NCBI RefSeq assembly: GCF_028641065.1 | Contig: NC_073420.1 | Coordinates: 434,001 to 498,000, forward strand | Length of the DNA: 64,000 nt | Direction of reading: 5' to 3' | Source: Leucoraja erinacea | Lineage: Eukaryota | Translations under genes and position numbers: made by a program | Notes under the pieces: generated by a model | Databases searched by the model: none | Seen by the model: only the letters and a program-made list of their open reading frames with translations | Told to the model about the DNA's origin: nothing | Shown here: positions 36,096 through 49,700 of the stretch, in pieces | Layout of the letters: the number at the start of each line of letters is the position of its first letter | Position numbering within the stretch: position 1 is the first letter of the stretch

Positions 36096-36179
36096 CTGTG
36101 GATGGACAATGCTGATCCTATGTAAGAAATGTTTGATTGCTAAGCAGTCTGTTCGAACAGTGCTACTTCTCTCTGAAAT
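36096..36179 (-). CDS. TOP6BL: TOP6BL coding exon 5
   Basis: tag|ISERSSTVRTDCLAIKHFLHRISIVHPQ|gtattt; human ...MTDCLVIKHFLRKIIMVHPK. Confidence 0.92.
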
Positions 36180-38022
36180 CTAATTGAGAAAGACAACAGA
36201 ATTAAAGCCTGAGAGAATGCGATTAACTAGAAATCCACAATTAATCTTGCACATAATTTCTGAGTCATTCGTAACTGTCACTGTATGTCATGGTGTTACT
36301 TGTGGGCGGAGCACCAAGGCAAATTCATTGTATGTGAATACTTGGCCAATAAACTTACTTACTTACTAATATTCATTGAGACTGATCTAGACATTTTGGC
36401 TTCTTTAAAATGCACATTATTGTATCTTGATAAAAACATCAAGACAAAACTAAAATAATAAATGGAAACTCGGTGACCCAGAGAACTTCTAAAAGGTTGT
36501 AGATTTGAAACTTTAGTGCTGTTTCTCTCCCCACATAGACCTGTATTTTTTGATCACTTTAAGTATATGTCAAATTTCTAACATCTGCAGTATTTTACAA
36601 TAGGATTATTAATCTGTAGACAGGGATTCAGTTCTCACTGTGGCATCTAGGTATGCCAATTCAAATGATAAATTATCTTTGAGTAAAGAACAAGTAATAT
36701 GTTCAAGGTGAAGGGGAAAAGATTTAATAGGAATCCGAGGGGGAACCTTTTCACACAGAGGGTGGTGGGTGTATGGAACGAGTTGCCAGAGGAGGTCGTT
36801 GAGGCTGGGACTATCCCAACATTTAAGAAACAGTTAGACAAGTACATGGATAGGACGGGTTTGGAGGGATATGGGCCAAACGCGGACAGGTGGGACTAGT
36901 GTAGAAGGGGCATGTTGGACTGTGGGACTAGTTGGGACATTATTGGCTGGTGTGGGTGAATTGAGCTGAAGGGCCTGTTTTTGCACTGTATCTCTCTATG
37001 ACACTATAAGTAAATGTACTTGGCAATTTTGGTGGTGCATTCAAAACAATTGCATTTTACACGTGTCCTTATGCATAACTCCAAGAAGTGGTCAACATGA
37101 AACTACCAGAGTATTGTAAAAACCCATCTATTTGCTGATTTCATTCAAGGATGGAAAGTTCCTTACCTTACCCGAGGCCTGAGTGTTTCCAGACCTACTG
37201 AAATGTGGTTAAATCTTAACTACCCTACTGAAATCGCTTAGTAACCCGTACAGGTCTAGGGTCGTTTAGTTTTGAGATGTAGTGCGAAAGCAGGCCCTTC
37301 GGCCCACCAAATCTGCGTCGACTGGCAATCCCCGCTCATTAGATAGGGGTCATTTTTACGTTTATACCAAGCCAATTAACTGACAAACCAGTACGTCTAT
37401 GGAGTGTGGCAGGAAACCAAAGTTCTCGGAGAAAACCCACGCAGTCAGGGAGAGAAGGTACAATCTCTGTACAGACAAGCACCCATAGTTGGGTTGGAAC
37501 CCGGGTCTCCAGTGCTGTAAGGCAGCATCTCTACCGCTCGGCCACCGTGCCGCCCTAAAGAAACAATATTTCCTGGCTTTGTTAAAAACATGCAAATTGA
37601 CATAATTCTCTCCTTCCGCCTTCAAGCAGAAGCAGCTACGTTCCAGCTGCTACGGTCGGGCAAACGCCTCCGTTGCCATGCTGTGAGAACGGAGAGGATG
37701 AGAAGGAGTTTCTTCCCAGAGGCCATTAGGACTGTAAACTCCTATCTCTCCAGGGACTAACTTTACTGGGACCATTTTACTGTTGTGTGGTGTCTTTTAA
37801 AAATTGCTATTTTTTTCCTTTTTCTTCCCTCCCACAAATATGTAATATGTGAATATGTGATTGTGTACCATTCTGTTTGTAGTTTGTTTGTTTGTCTTTT
37901 GCACAAAGTCCGCGAGCATTGCCACTTTTCATTTCACTACACATTTCGTATATGTATGTGACAAATAAACTTGACTTGACTTGAATAATTAATCATTGGG
38001 TAGTCTATAGCTTTGTTCATAC

Positions 38023-38132
38023 CTCAAATGTCAACTTGAATGGTGAAGAGATGAGCTGCTCATTTAAATGAGCATTCCCTGTGTCTGGTTGCACTGCAGT
38101 CAAGGACAGCTGGGGTAACAGCTTTTCTATAA
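38023..38132 (-). CDS. TOP6BL: TOP6BL coding exon 4
   Basis: cag|(V)IEKLLPQLSLTAVQPDTGNAHLNEQLISSPFKLTFE|gtatga; human IQSILPGIS...TPFQMIFE. Confidence 0.87.
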
Positions 38133-39974
38133 CTGGACAAATTAAAATGAATGGAACAAACATGCACAAAGCATCTTTATTTTATTTAATCTTTACATTA
38201 TTTTATGTATAGGAAGAAACTGCTGACGCTGTTTTGCACCGAAGGTAGACACAAAATGGCAGAGTAACTCAGCGGGACAGGCAGCTTCTCTGGAGAGAAG
38301 GAACAGGTAACGTTTCGAGTCGAGACCATTCTTCCCATTTCATAGAAACATAGAAAATTGGTGCAGGAGTAGGCCATTCGGCCCTTCGAGCCTGCACCGC
38401 CATTCAATATGATCATGGCTGATCATCCAACTCAGTATCCTGTACCTGCCTTCTCTCCATATCCCCTGATCCCTTTAGCCACAAGGGCCACATCTAACTC
38501 CCTCTTAAATATAGCTAATGAACTGGCCTCAACTACTTTCCGTGGCAGAGAATTCCACTGACTCACCACTGTGGTTGAGACCTTTCGGGTTGAGACATTT
38601 CTTCTATGATACATACGTTTAATCAAGTACAGGGGTGGGGTGGAAGATTGCAACCTTCACGAAACCCTGTTTCGACTAATGCAATCAACTCGACTTGCAC
38701 AAACGGAAGATCAAATAGAACAAGTTGTCCAACAACTTTCGGCTGTGCACGCAACACGCAAGAAGAAGTACAGGGGTGATCTTGTCAGAAAGGAAACGCA
38801 GAGTGCCAGAATCTCGTGATGATATAAATGTTTTACATGTTAAAGAAGTCTATATTGGTGCATTGTCAACCAAGAATAGGAAATTATTTAAGTTGATCTC
38901 CCCACTCAATTCTCGGTTCATAGCCTTTTCCAGACACAAGGAACTGCAGATGGTGGAGTAACTCAGTAGGTCAGGCAGCATCTCTGGAGGACATGGATAG
39001 GTGATGTTTTGGGTCAGGACTCTTATTCAGACTTGCCTTGCCTTATGGGTCATCCAGACACATCCTAAATGTTTAATTAAGAGTTTCTGCCTTTATAGAA
39101 ACTCCAATCAAGCACTGAGATCTGGGACACTCACCATAACTCTTTGGAAGAAAATAAAATGTTTTCCCTATTATTTGCGTGACTTCTGATATTAAATCTA
39201 TGTCCCCTAATTATCAAACTCTAAAGTTTAAAAAAAATTCAGACAGAGTAAAAGTTGTCTCCATTGGCTGAAGAAATCTACAAAATTCTTAAAAAATTGG
39301 ACAGGCTAGATGCAAACTCTAAAGATTGTTCCCGATGTCCTGGAAGTCCATAACAGGAAGCTGAGACAATCTTAAGGATAACCTGAAGAATTTCAATCCT
39401 TTAATTGGAAACCGAGATGAGAAGAACTCTTTTCACGCAGAGAGTGGTGAATCTCTGGAACTCTCTGCCACAGAGGGTAGTTGAGGCCAGTTCATTGGCT
39501 ATATTTAAGAGGGAGTTACATGTGGCCCTTGTGGCTAAGGGGATCAGGGGGTATGGATAGAAGGCAGGTACGGGATTCTGAGTTGGATGATCAGCCATGA
39601 TCATATTGAATGGCGGTGCAGGCTCGAAGGAAACCGAATGACAGACTCCTGCACCTAATTTCTGCATTTTTCTATAAGCAGGAAGCTGAGATTTAAGATA
39701 ATGAGCAAAAGAACCAGAGGCAACATGAAGAATTTCTATCCATTAAGTAATTGGAATTTGAAATAAGAAAGGGTGATGAATATAGTCTCATTTGCAGTTT
39801 TAAAAATGTAACTCAAAGGAACTATTTGGATTAAACTTTGATAGAATAAAGACTTGATGAGTCCAGCAAGCTTCTGTGATACTATTTAATTGTATAATAT
39901 TATGTTATTTTGGGCATATTCTGCCTATTCTACTAGCCTATATTAAATATAATTTAGAGACTGTAGTTTATGAA

Positions 39975-40660
39975 GTGCTGGAGTAACTCAGTGGGTCCGG
40001 CAGCATCTCTGGAGAAATGTGTAGGAAGGAACTGCAGATGCTGGTTTAAACCGAAGATAGACACAATATGCTGGAGTAACTCAGCGGGTCAGAATACATC
40101 TCTGGAAAAAAGGAATAGGTGATGTTTCGGGTCGAGTACCTTTTTCAGTCTGAGGAAGGGTCTTCAGACGGGTCTAGATCCTTCGTTAGGTCGAGAACCT
40201 TCTTCAGTCTGAAGAATTGTCTCGCCCCGAAACGTCACCTATTCCTTTTCTCCAGAGAAGCTGTCTGACCCGCTGAGTTACTCCAGCATTTTGTGTCTAT
40301 TGTCGGTAGACCTATGTGTTTAAGAAGGAACTGCAGATGCTGGAAAATCGAAGGTAGACATAAGTGCTGCTGGAGAAACTCAGTGAGTGCAGCAGCATCT
40401 AAGGAGCGAAGGAAATACGCAACGTTTCGGGCCGAAACCCTTCTTCAGACTGATTCGAAGAAAATAGGCAAGGTTTTGTGCCTTAACCCTTCTTCAGTCT
40501 GTAGACCTATGAAAGGTCTATACATATAAAAGGAATAGGTGATGTTTCGGATTGAGACCTTAATCTCAATCTGAAGAAGGGCTTTGACCCGCAACATCAC
40601 ATATTCCTTTTCTTCAGAGATTCTGTCTGACCCGCTGACTAACTCCAGCTTTTTGTGTCT
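39975..40660. mobile_element. Cluster of nested Penelope-derived short elements
   Basis: Several gctggagtaactcagcggg and ctgaagaaggg...gaaacgtcacc units in both orientations. Confidence 0.65.
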
Positions 40661-40800
40661 GGCATCTGTGGGGAACATGGATATCCATATTGTATACTTT
40701 ATGCTGAGAATTTATATCAGCATTATAGACAACAGTGGATATGAACCAATTTAAAGCTTAAATGGGTTTGGAAGAAATATTTACTGATTAAAAGTCTTAC

Positions 40801-40854
40801 CTTCATTGAAATTATCTTTTTGATTGTTGGCAATCCAAGGTCCACTAGCTGCCA
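40801..40854 (-). CDS. TOP6BL: TOP6BL coding exon 3
   Basis: cag|(V)AASGPWIANNQKDNFNE-G|gtaaga, phase 1 to 1, after a 100 bp intron. Confidence 0.82.
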
Positions 40855-40954
40855 CTGAACAGATTGGAATCATTCACAATTAACATTGGGACTAAATACA
40901 AAATCAATCTATCCAATTTGTGGAATTAATTGTGTTACAGCTTGTTGCACCTAC

Positions 40955-41102
40955 CTGTCACAGTGCAAAAGAGTCCTTCCCTGTGATAACGTAAACTCGA
41001 GCTTACCCCATTAACACACACAAACAGGTGAGCTTCAAGTTCAGCAGGCTTTTGGTATTTCCTGTTGTCATGTTTTATCTTAATAATGAGGTTTTCTATA
41101 AT
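40955..41102 (-). CDS. TOP6BL: TOP6BL coding exon 2
   Basis: cag|IIENLIIKIKHDNRKYQKPAELEAHLFVCVNGVSSSLRYHREGLFCTVT-G|gtaggt; similar to human ILRFLIIHWK...LEGQLVISIEG...LHCVTT. Confidence 0.85.
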
Positions 41103-41744
41103 CTGGAGGCAAAACATGTTTTGTCCATTTCAGTCGTGATCAGCATTGATCAATGTTCTGCATTCAAGACTTTGATTAAAATCTACACTTAGGTGGGTAA
41201 TTTTGAAACGCCTCTTAGTTGGGGAAGATAATCTGTTCTGTGGGATACCAGGGAATAATCGTCTCATAGAAACGATTCCTTTAGAAAGGTGACGAGAAGA
41301 AATGTCTTTAATCAAAAGGTCGTGGAATTCATTGTCTATGCCAAGTCATGGGTATTTTTAAGACGGAGATTGACAGATTCTAGAGTAGTAAGGGTACCAA
41401 GTGTTATGGAGCAAAGGCAGGAGAATGGGGTTGAGAGGGAAAGATCGATCAGCCATGATTGAATGGCTTGATGGGCCGAATGGCCTCATTATGCAGTTGG
41501 AATTAATAAACTTATGAAATTGTTGTCTGGCTATTTCTGTCCACAGATGCTGCCTGATTCCTCCAGCAGATGTTTTTTTGCTGAAGATTGCAGCTTCTAC
41601 AGTTTCTTGCGTTTCCAGCAATAATGCTCCCCTGTTAATGGAAGCATTAATCTCCCAAAGTGCCGAAGACAGGCACAGAATGCTGCAATAACTCAGCGGG
41701 ACAGGCAGCATCTCTGGAGAGAAGGAATGGGTGACGTTTCGGGT

Positions 41745-42260
41745 CATAGAAACATAGAAAATAGTTGCAGGAGTAGGCCATTTGGCCCTTCGAGCCTGCA
41801 CTGCCATTCAATATGATCATGGTTGATCATCCAACTCAGTATCCTGTACCTGCCTTCTCTCCATACCCCCTGATCCCTTTAGCCACAAGGGCCACATCTA
41901 ACTCCCTCTTAAATATAGCCAATGAACTGTGTGGCCTCAACTACTTTCTGTGGCAGAGAATTCCACAGATTCACCACTCTCTGTGTGAATTTTTTTTGTC
42001 TCATCTCGGTCCTAAAAGACTTACAGTCCTTAACCTTAAACTGTGACCTCTTGTTCTGGACTTCCCAAACATCGGGAACAATCTTCCTGCATCTAGCCTG
42101 TCCAACCCCTTAAGAATGTTGTAAGTTTCTATAAGATCCCCCCTCAATCTTCTAAATTCTAGCGAGTACAAGCCGAGTCTATCTAGTCTTTCTTCATATG
42201 AAAGTCCTGCCAGCCCAGGAATCAGTCTGGTGAATTTTCTCTGTACTCCCTCTATAGCAA
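41745..42260 (-). mobile_element. CR1 LINE 3' fragment
   Basis: [25 protein letters not shown]. Confidence 0.88.
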
Positions 42261-43693
42261 GACCTTTCTTCGGATTGAGAGGAGGAAGACAGAGATATGG
42301 ACGGGTCAGGCGTGAAAACTGATCAAAGGGGACGGTGATCAAGGAAATGTAGAATGGTGCATTGTTAGCAGAGGGGAAGCTGGCAACAAAGCATACCATC
42401 AGTAATATTTAACCAGGGGGACATTGAAATTAGTCTGAGAATTAGAATGGGGGAGGGATGGAGAGAGAAGGAAAGCGTGGGTTACTTGGAGTTAGAGAAA
42501 TCAATACTGCTGGGTTTACTTGAAGTTTATATTTTAGATTTCCAGCATCGCAGCCTTTATTTTGACTTTCCTCCTTACATTTTGTGTCAGAAGAGCAACG
42601 CCTACTGGATGAGAGACATGGATGAAAGGAGCTGGCCATCCTTACCTGGTGCGGCTTATGCAATAAAGGGCGGCTTCATTTCACGACAGCCCTTCATTTG
42701 AGCACAGTTAGGGATGGGCAACATATGCTGGAAAGGCACAAAATGCTGGGTAACTCAGCGGGTCAGGCAGCATCCCTGGAGAACGTGGTGGGGAGGAGGG
42801 GCCGGACTTACGTAGCAGGTCATAGGTGAACCCAAAGATCTTATAGCGATATCGCTATAAGATCTTTGGGTGAACCCAGGCTCTGAGGGGGTGGGGTTTG
42901 ATAGGTAGATGGTTGGACACAAGCCGGAGATGAACACACACAATGTGTTAAATGAAATAATCATTGCGAATCGTGAAGCTAGAGGATTGACAAAGTGTGA
43001 ATTGTGCATTTGTGGGTGGAAGGGAAAGATGAGATGTGGACAAGGCCAGCCAGGACTTAGGGGAGAAGGGGGTGGTATATAGAGTTTACCTGAAGTTGGA
43101 GAATTCAATGTTCAGCTAACTAAGTGGAATATACAATGCCGTGTAGAGGTTACCTAAAGTTGAACCGAAGTTGGCTTGACCCAAAAATCGATTAACTTTC
43201 TTCCAAATTGGTCTAAACCCTCCTTGGAATATCAATGTTAAAACATAGTAGTTGTTTCAACCATCCATTGCTGATCTTTGCACCAGAATTGTGGGGGGGA
43301 TGTATAGAAATAGTGGGAAGGCACACCCAGCTACCTAAAACTCTGTCTTATTTTTGGTTATAACTCAACTCTGCAAGGAGTTTTATTTATGGTTATAAAC
43401 AAGAATGAAGAAAGGAGGCTGCTACGACTTCCCTCAATAACTCACTAGTCTGACTAGTTTCAATGAATATTCCAATCAATCAAACGGGTTTGGACATGTT
43501 CACGAGGCTGTGAGTGGCAAAACGCAAAAGTGAGACAGGATCGTTTAAAGTGCATTTGAGAAAAAGGTAATTCAGCCTTTGCAGAATGAAAAACAGATGA
43601 TATTTTGTGTAAATTACTGCGAGATCAGCCTGCGGCTCCATGCATTGTTTATCTGTGCATTTCCAGGGACAGAGCACAGTCTGATCCCATTAC

Positions 43694-43714
43694 CTGCCGG
43701 ACTGCCACCTCCAT
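43694..43714 (-). CDS. TOP6BL: TOP6BL (C11orf80/TOPOVIBL) probable coding exon 1
   Basis: ATG GAG GTG GCA GTC CGG CAG|gtaatg = MEVAVRQ, phase 0, joins exon 2 in frame. Resembles the human N-terminal MEGTAVAVFE. Short, so less certain. Confidence 0.6.
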
Positions 43715-43764
43715 TAACTCCGCGTGGTTTAAGATCTGCCCTGTGACGGAATATCTCCACAAGG

Positions 43765-46700
43765 CTCTCTCTGTCTCTGTGTGTTTGTCTCTTTCTTTCT
43801 GTGTTTGTCACTTCCTGTCTTTCTCTGTCACTGTGTCTGTCTGTGTTTATGCGTGTGTCTCTCGCTCTCTGTCTGTGTCCGTCTCTCTCACTGTGTATGT
43901 CTGTGTACCTCTCTCGCTGTTACTATCTGTGTGTGTGTCTCTCTCTGTCACTTTCACCCTCTCTGTCACTCTGTCTGTCACCCTCTATCTCTCTCTGTCT
44001 CTCTCTTTCTGCCCCTCTCTCTCTCTGTCTATCTCTCTGTCTCTCTATCACTCTCACTCTCTGTCACTGTCTATCTCTCTACCACTCGCTACCTCTCAAT
44101 CTCTGTCTATCTCTCTCTCTCTCTCTATATATCTCTCTTTCTCTACCTCTTTTTTNNNNNNNNNNNNNNNNNNNNNNNNNNNNNNNNNNNNNNNNNNNNN
44201 NNNNNNNNNNNNNNNNNNNNNNNNNNNNNNNNNNNNNNNNNNNNNNNNNNNNNNNNNNNNNNNNNNNNNNNNNNNNNNNNNNNNNNNNNNNNNNNNNNNN
44301 NNNNNNNNNNNNNNNNNNNNNNNNNNNNNNNNNNNNNNNNNNNNNNNNNNNNNNNNNNNNNNNNNNNNNNNNNNNNNNNNNNNNNNNNNNATCTCTCTCT
44401 ATATATATCTATCTCTCTCTCTCTATATCTATCTCTCTATCTCTATCACTCTCTCTGTCTATATATANNNNNNNNNNNNNNNNNNNNNNNNNNNNNNNNN
44501 NNNNNNNNNNNNNNNNNNNNNNNNNNNNNNNNNNNNNNNNNNNNNNNNNNNNNNNNNNNNNNNNNNNNNNNNNNNNNNNNNNNNNNNNNNNNNNNNNNNN
44601 NNNNNNNNNNNNNNNNNNNNNNNNNNNNNNNNNNNNNNNNNNNNNNNNNNNNNNNNNNNNNNNNNNNNNNNNNNNNNNNNNNNNNNNNNNNNNNNNNNNN
44701 NNNNNNNNNNNNNNNNNNNNNNNNNNNNNNNNNNNNNNNNNNNNNNNNNNNNNNNNNNNNNNNNNNNNNNNNNNNNNNNNNNNNNNNNNNNNNNNNNNNN
44801 NNNNNNNNNNNNNNNNNNNNNNNNNNNNNNNNNNNNNNNNNNNNNNNNNNNNNNNNNNNNNNNNNNNNNNNNNNNNNNNNNNNNNNNNNNNNNNNNNNNN
44901 NNNTCTGTCACTCTGTCTCTCTCTCTCTCACACTCTCTCTCTCTCTCTCTCTGTCACATTCTATATTTCTCTTTCTATCTCTTTCTCTCTCTCTATCTCT
45001 CTGTCACACTNNNNNNNNNNNNNNNNNNNNNNNNNNNNNNNNNNNNNNNNNNNNNNNNNNNNNNNNNNNNNNNNNNNNNNNNNNNNNNNNNNNNNNNNNN
45101 NNNNNNNNNNNNNNNNNNNNNNNNNNNNNNNNNNNNNNNNNNNNNNNNNNNNNNNNNNNNNNNNNNNNNNNNNNNNNNNNNNNNNNNNNNNNNNNTCTCT
45201 CTCTGTGTCACACTCTCTCTCTCTCTCTGTCACACTCTATATTTCTATTTCTCTCTCTTATCTCTCTCTCTCTCTCTGTCACACTCTATATTTCTATTTC
45301 TATCTCTATCTCTCTCTATCTCTCTGTTTCACACTCTATATTTCTCTCTATCTCTCTCTGTCTCTCTCTATATTCCTCTNNNNNNNNNNNNNNNNNNNNN
45401 NNNNNNNNNNNNNNNNNNNNNNNNNNNNNNNNNNNNNNNNNNNNNNNNNNNNNNNNNNNNNNNNNNNNNNNNNNNNNNNNNNNNNNNNNNNNNNNNNNNN
45501 NNNNNNNNNNNNNNNNNNNNNNNNNNNNNNNNNNNNNNNNNCTCTCTCTCTGTCACTCTCTATCTCTCCAGGCGCCACCAACGGCATTTCAAATTTTTTC
45601 ACGCGTAACTCTAAATTTTTCCTTTCCCCTCGGCTCTTCTCTCTCGCATCCTCCTCTCCCAGTTTCCCTCCCTCCTTTCCTCTCTCCCTCGCCTCCCCCT
45701 CTCTTCCTTTCCCTTCTCCTTCCCGTCCCTTCCCTCTCTCCCCTCCCCCCTCCTCTCCTCCTCTTTATACCCTCTCTCTCCTCCCCTTCTCTCCCTTTCC
45801 CCTCTCTCTCCTTCTCCCTCTCTCTTCCCCCCTCTCCCTCTCTCCCCTCTTCCTCCCTTCAGGTCTCTCTCTCTCTCCTCTCCCCCTCTCTCCCTCTCCC
45901 TTCTCGTCTCTCCCCCTCTCTCCTCCTCCGTCGTCTTCCTCGTCTCCCCTCTCCTCTCTCCTCTCTCCTCTCCTCTCTCCTCTCTCCCTCCCCTCTCTCC
46001 CTTCTCTCCTCCTCTCGGTCCTCCCTTTCCTCTCCCTCTTTCTTTTTCCCCTCTCCCCTCCCTCTCTCCTTTCCCCCCCCCTCCTCTTTGCCTCCTCTTT
46101 CTTTCTCTCTCTTCTCCTCTCCTCTCCCCTTATTTCTCCTCTCACTCTCTCTTTCTCTCTCTTCTCCTCCTCTCTTCTCTTCCTCTCTTTTCTCTTCTCT
46201 CCCCCTTTATCTCTTACTCCTCTCCTCCCCACCCTCGATTTTCTTCTCTCTCTCCTCCTTCCCCTCTCCCCCTCCCTCTCTCCTCACTCCTCCCNNNNNN
46301 NNNNNNNNNNNNNNNNNNNNNNNNNNNNNNNNNNNNNNNNNNNNNNNNNNNNNNNNNNNNNNNNNNNNNNNNNNNNNNNNNNNNNNNNNNNNNNNNNNNN
46401 NNNNNNNNNNNNNNNNNNNNNNNNNNNNNNNNNNNNNNNNNNNNNNNNNNNTTCCCCTCCTCTTTCCCCTCTCTTCTCCTCTCCCTCTCTCTCCTCTCCT
46501 CTCTCTCTTCTCTCCTCTCCTTTCCTCTTCCCTCCCTCCCCTCCTTCTCTCCCTCCTCTCCCTTTCTCCTCTCTCTCCTTTCCTCCTCATTCCTCCCTCC
46601 TCTCCTCTCCTCTCCCTCTCCTCCTCTCCCCCCTCTCCCCCTCTCCTCTTCTCTCTCCCCTCGTTTCTCCCTTTCCCTCCCCTCCTTCCCCTCTCCTCTC

Positions 46701-49700
46701 TCCCCTCTCCCTCCTCTCCTCTCTCTCCTCTCTTTCTCTCCTCTCCTCTCCTCTTCCCCTCCTCCTTCCTTTCCCCCTTTCCCTCTCTCCTCCTCTCGCC
46801 NNNNNNNNNNNNNNNNNNNNNNNNNNNNNNNNNNNNNNNNNNNNNNNNNNNNNNNNNNNNNNNNNNNNNNNNNNNNNNNNNNNNNNNNNNNNNNNNNNNN
46901 NNNNNNNNNNNNNNNNNNNNNNNNNNNNNNNNNNNNNNNNNNNNNNNNTCTTTCCCCTTCCTCTCCCCTCTCTCCCTCCCCCTCAGCTCCTCTCGTTCTC
47001 CTCTCCGTAATACTCCCTCTCTTCCCTTTTCTCCTCTCATCCGCCCCCCCTCCTCCTCCCTCTCTCTCTCAGTCTCCTCCCTCTCTCTCTCTCCTCTCCC
47101 CTCCCTCTCCTCTCCCCTCTCCTCTTCCTTTCCCTCTCTTTCCCTCCCCTCTCTCTCCTCCCCCTCTCCTCTCCTCCCTTCTCCTCTCCCCTCCTCCCTC
47201 TCTCCCCTCTCCCCCTCTCTTCCTCTCCCTCTCCTCTCCCCCTCTTCTCCTTCCCTCTCTCCCTCTCCCCTCCTCTCCTCTCCCCTCTCTTATCTTCCCC
47301 CCCCTCTCTCTCCCTTCCCCCTCCTCTCTCTCTTCTCCCTCCTCCTCTCCCCCCTCTTCTCTCCCTCTCTCTCTATCCTTTCTCTCCCCCCCCCCTCCCT
47401 CTCCCTCTCCTCTCCCTCCGCTCTCCTTCTGTTCTCCTCTCCTCTCCCCTCCCCCCTGCCTCCTCCCCCCTCTCCTCCCCTCTCTCTTCCCCTCTCCTCC
47501 CCTCTCTCTCTCTCCTCTCCACCTCCCCTCTCTCCATCTCTCTCCCTTTCTTCCTTTCCTCTCCTCTCTCTCTCCCCTCTTCCTCCTCCCCCTCTCCTCG
47601 TCCTTCTAGTCCCCTCCCTCCCTCTCTCTCTCCTCCCTCTCTCTCCCCCTCCTCTCCTCCCTCCCCTCCCCTCTCCTCTCCCCTCCCTTCCTCCCCCCTC
47701 TCCCTCCTCTCCCCTCCTCCCTCCTCCTCTCCCCTCTCCTCCTCTCTCCTCTCCCCTCCCTTCTCTCTCCTCCCCTCTCTCCCCTCCTCCTTTTCCTCTC
47801 TCTCTCCCCTCCTCCCCCTCCCCTCTTTCCCTCTCTCCCTCTCCTTCCTTTCCTCTCCCCCCTTCCCTCCTCCTTCTCATCTCTCCTCTCTCCCTCCCCC
47901 TCTCTCTTTCCCCCTCTCCCTCCCTCCTTTGCCCCTCTCTCTCTCCCTTTCTCTCCTCCCCTCCCCTCTCCTCCCCCTTCCTTCTCTGCCCCCTCCCCTT
48001 CTTCCTCCCTCTCTCTCTCCTCTCCTCCCTTCCTCTCCCTCTCTCTCTGCCTCCTCCTTCTCTCCCTCTAGTCCCTCCCTCCCTCTCTTCTCCCCTCTCG
48101 TCTCCCCCTCTCTTTCTCTCCTGCTTCCTCTTCCCTTCGCCTTCCCTCTCCCCCCTTCCTCCTCTCCTCCCCCATCTCCCCTCTCCCCCTCCTCCCCCTT
48201 CTCTCTCCTTTCTCTCTCTCCCTCCCTCCCTTTCCCTCCCTCTCTCATCCCCTCCCTCTCTCCTCTCCCTCTTCCCTCCCTCTCATCCCCTCCCCTTTCT
48301 CTCTCTGCCTCCTCTCTCTCCTACCTTCCCATCTCTCCCTCCCCCATCTCTCTCTTTCCCCCCTCCCCCTCAGTCCCTGGTTCCTCTCCCTCTCCCCCCC
48401 TCCCCCTCTCCTCCCCTCTCCCTCTCCTTCCTCCCTCTCTTCTCCCTCCCTCTCCCTTCCCTCCTCTCCTCTAGTTCCTTTTCTCTCCTCTCTCTCCCTT
48501 TCTCACCTCTCTTCTCCTCCCCTCTAGATCACTCTCCCCCTCCCTCTCTCTCCCCCGCCTTCCTCTCTCTCCATATCTCCTTCTCCCTCTTCTTTCCCCT
48601 CCTCTCCTCTCCTCCTCCTCCATCTCTCTCGCTGTCCCATCCCTACCTCTCCTCCCTCTCTCATCTCCCCCCTCCCCCTCTACCTCATCTCCCTCCCTTC
48701 CTCTCTCCTCTTCCCAATCCCCTTCCCTCCCCTCTCCTCCCTCTCCCTCTCCCCTTTTCTTCCGGTCTTCTCTCCTCTCTCTCTCCCTCCCTCCCTCCTC
48801 CTCTCTCCTCCTCCCTCCACCCTCGCCTTTTCCCCCATCATCCTCTCCCTCTCCCCTCCCCCCCCTCCCCCTCCTCCCTCTCTCTCCCTCCTCCTCTCTC
48901 CCCTCTCCTGTCTCCCCTCTCCCTCTCCTTCGCCTCCCTCTCCCTCTCCCCTCCCCTCTCTTCTCCCTCTCCCCCTTCCCTCTCTCCCCTCTCCCCTCTC
49001 TCCTTCCCTCTCTTCTCTCTCCTTTCCTCTCTGTCCTCTTCTCGTCTCCCCTCTCTTCTCTCCCTCCCCTCCCCTCCTCCCTCTCTCCCCGCTTCCCCCT
49101 CTCTCCCTCCTCCCCCTCCCTCCCCCTCACCTCTCTCCCTTCCTCTCTCTCTTTCCTCTCCTCCCTCTTCTCTCCTCTCTCCTCTCCCCCTCTCTCCCTT
49201 CTTCCCCTCTCTTCCCCCCTCCCCTCCCCCTCTCCTCTCTTCCTCCCCCTCTTCTATTCCTCCTCTACATCTCCCTCTTTCTCCTGCCCTCCTCCCTCTC
49301 TCCCCTTCCCTTCTCTCCTCCCCTCCCCTCCTCCCTTCCTCCCTTCTCCCCTCCCCTTCCCTCCCCTCTTTCCTCTTCCCTCCTCCATTCCTCTCATTTC
49401 TTCGTCTATTCTCTCTCTGTCTCCTCCCTTTCCCCCTCCCCTCGATCCACGTCCCTCCCTCTTTCCCTTTTCCCCCATCCTGTCCCTGGTCCTCTCCTCT
49501 CCCCTCCCCTCTCCCTCTTATTATCTCCCCTCTCCTCCTCTTCCTCTCTCTCCTCTCCTCCCTGCCTCCGCCCTCTGACTTTCTCCCCTCTCCCTCTCCT
49601 TTCCTTCCTCCTCTCCCTTCTCTCTCTCTCTCCCTCTCCTTACTCCCTCCGCCCCCCTCCTCTTCTGCCTCCTGTTCCCTCTCTCTCCCTCTCCCCTCCC

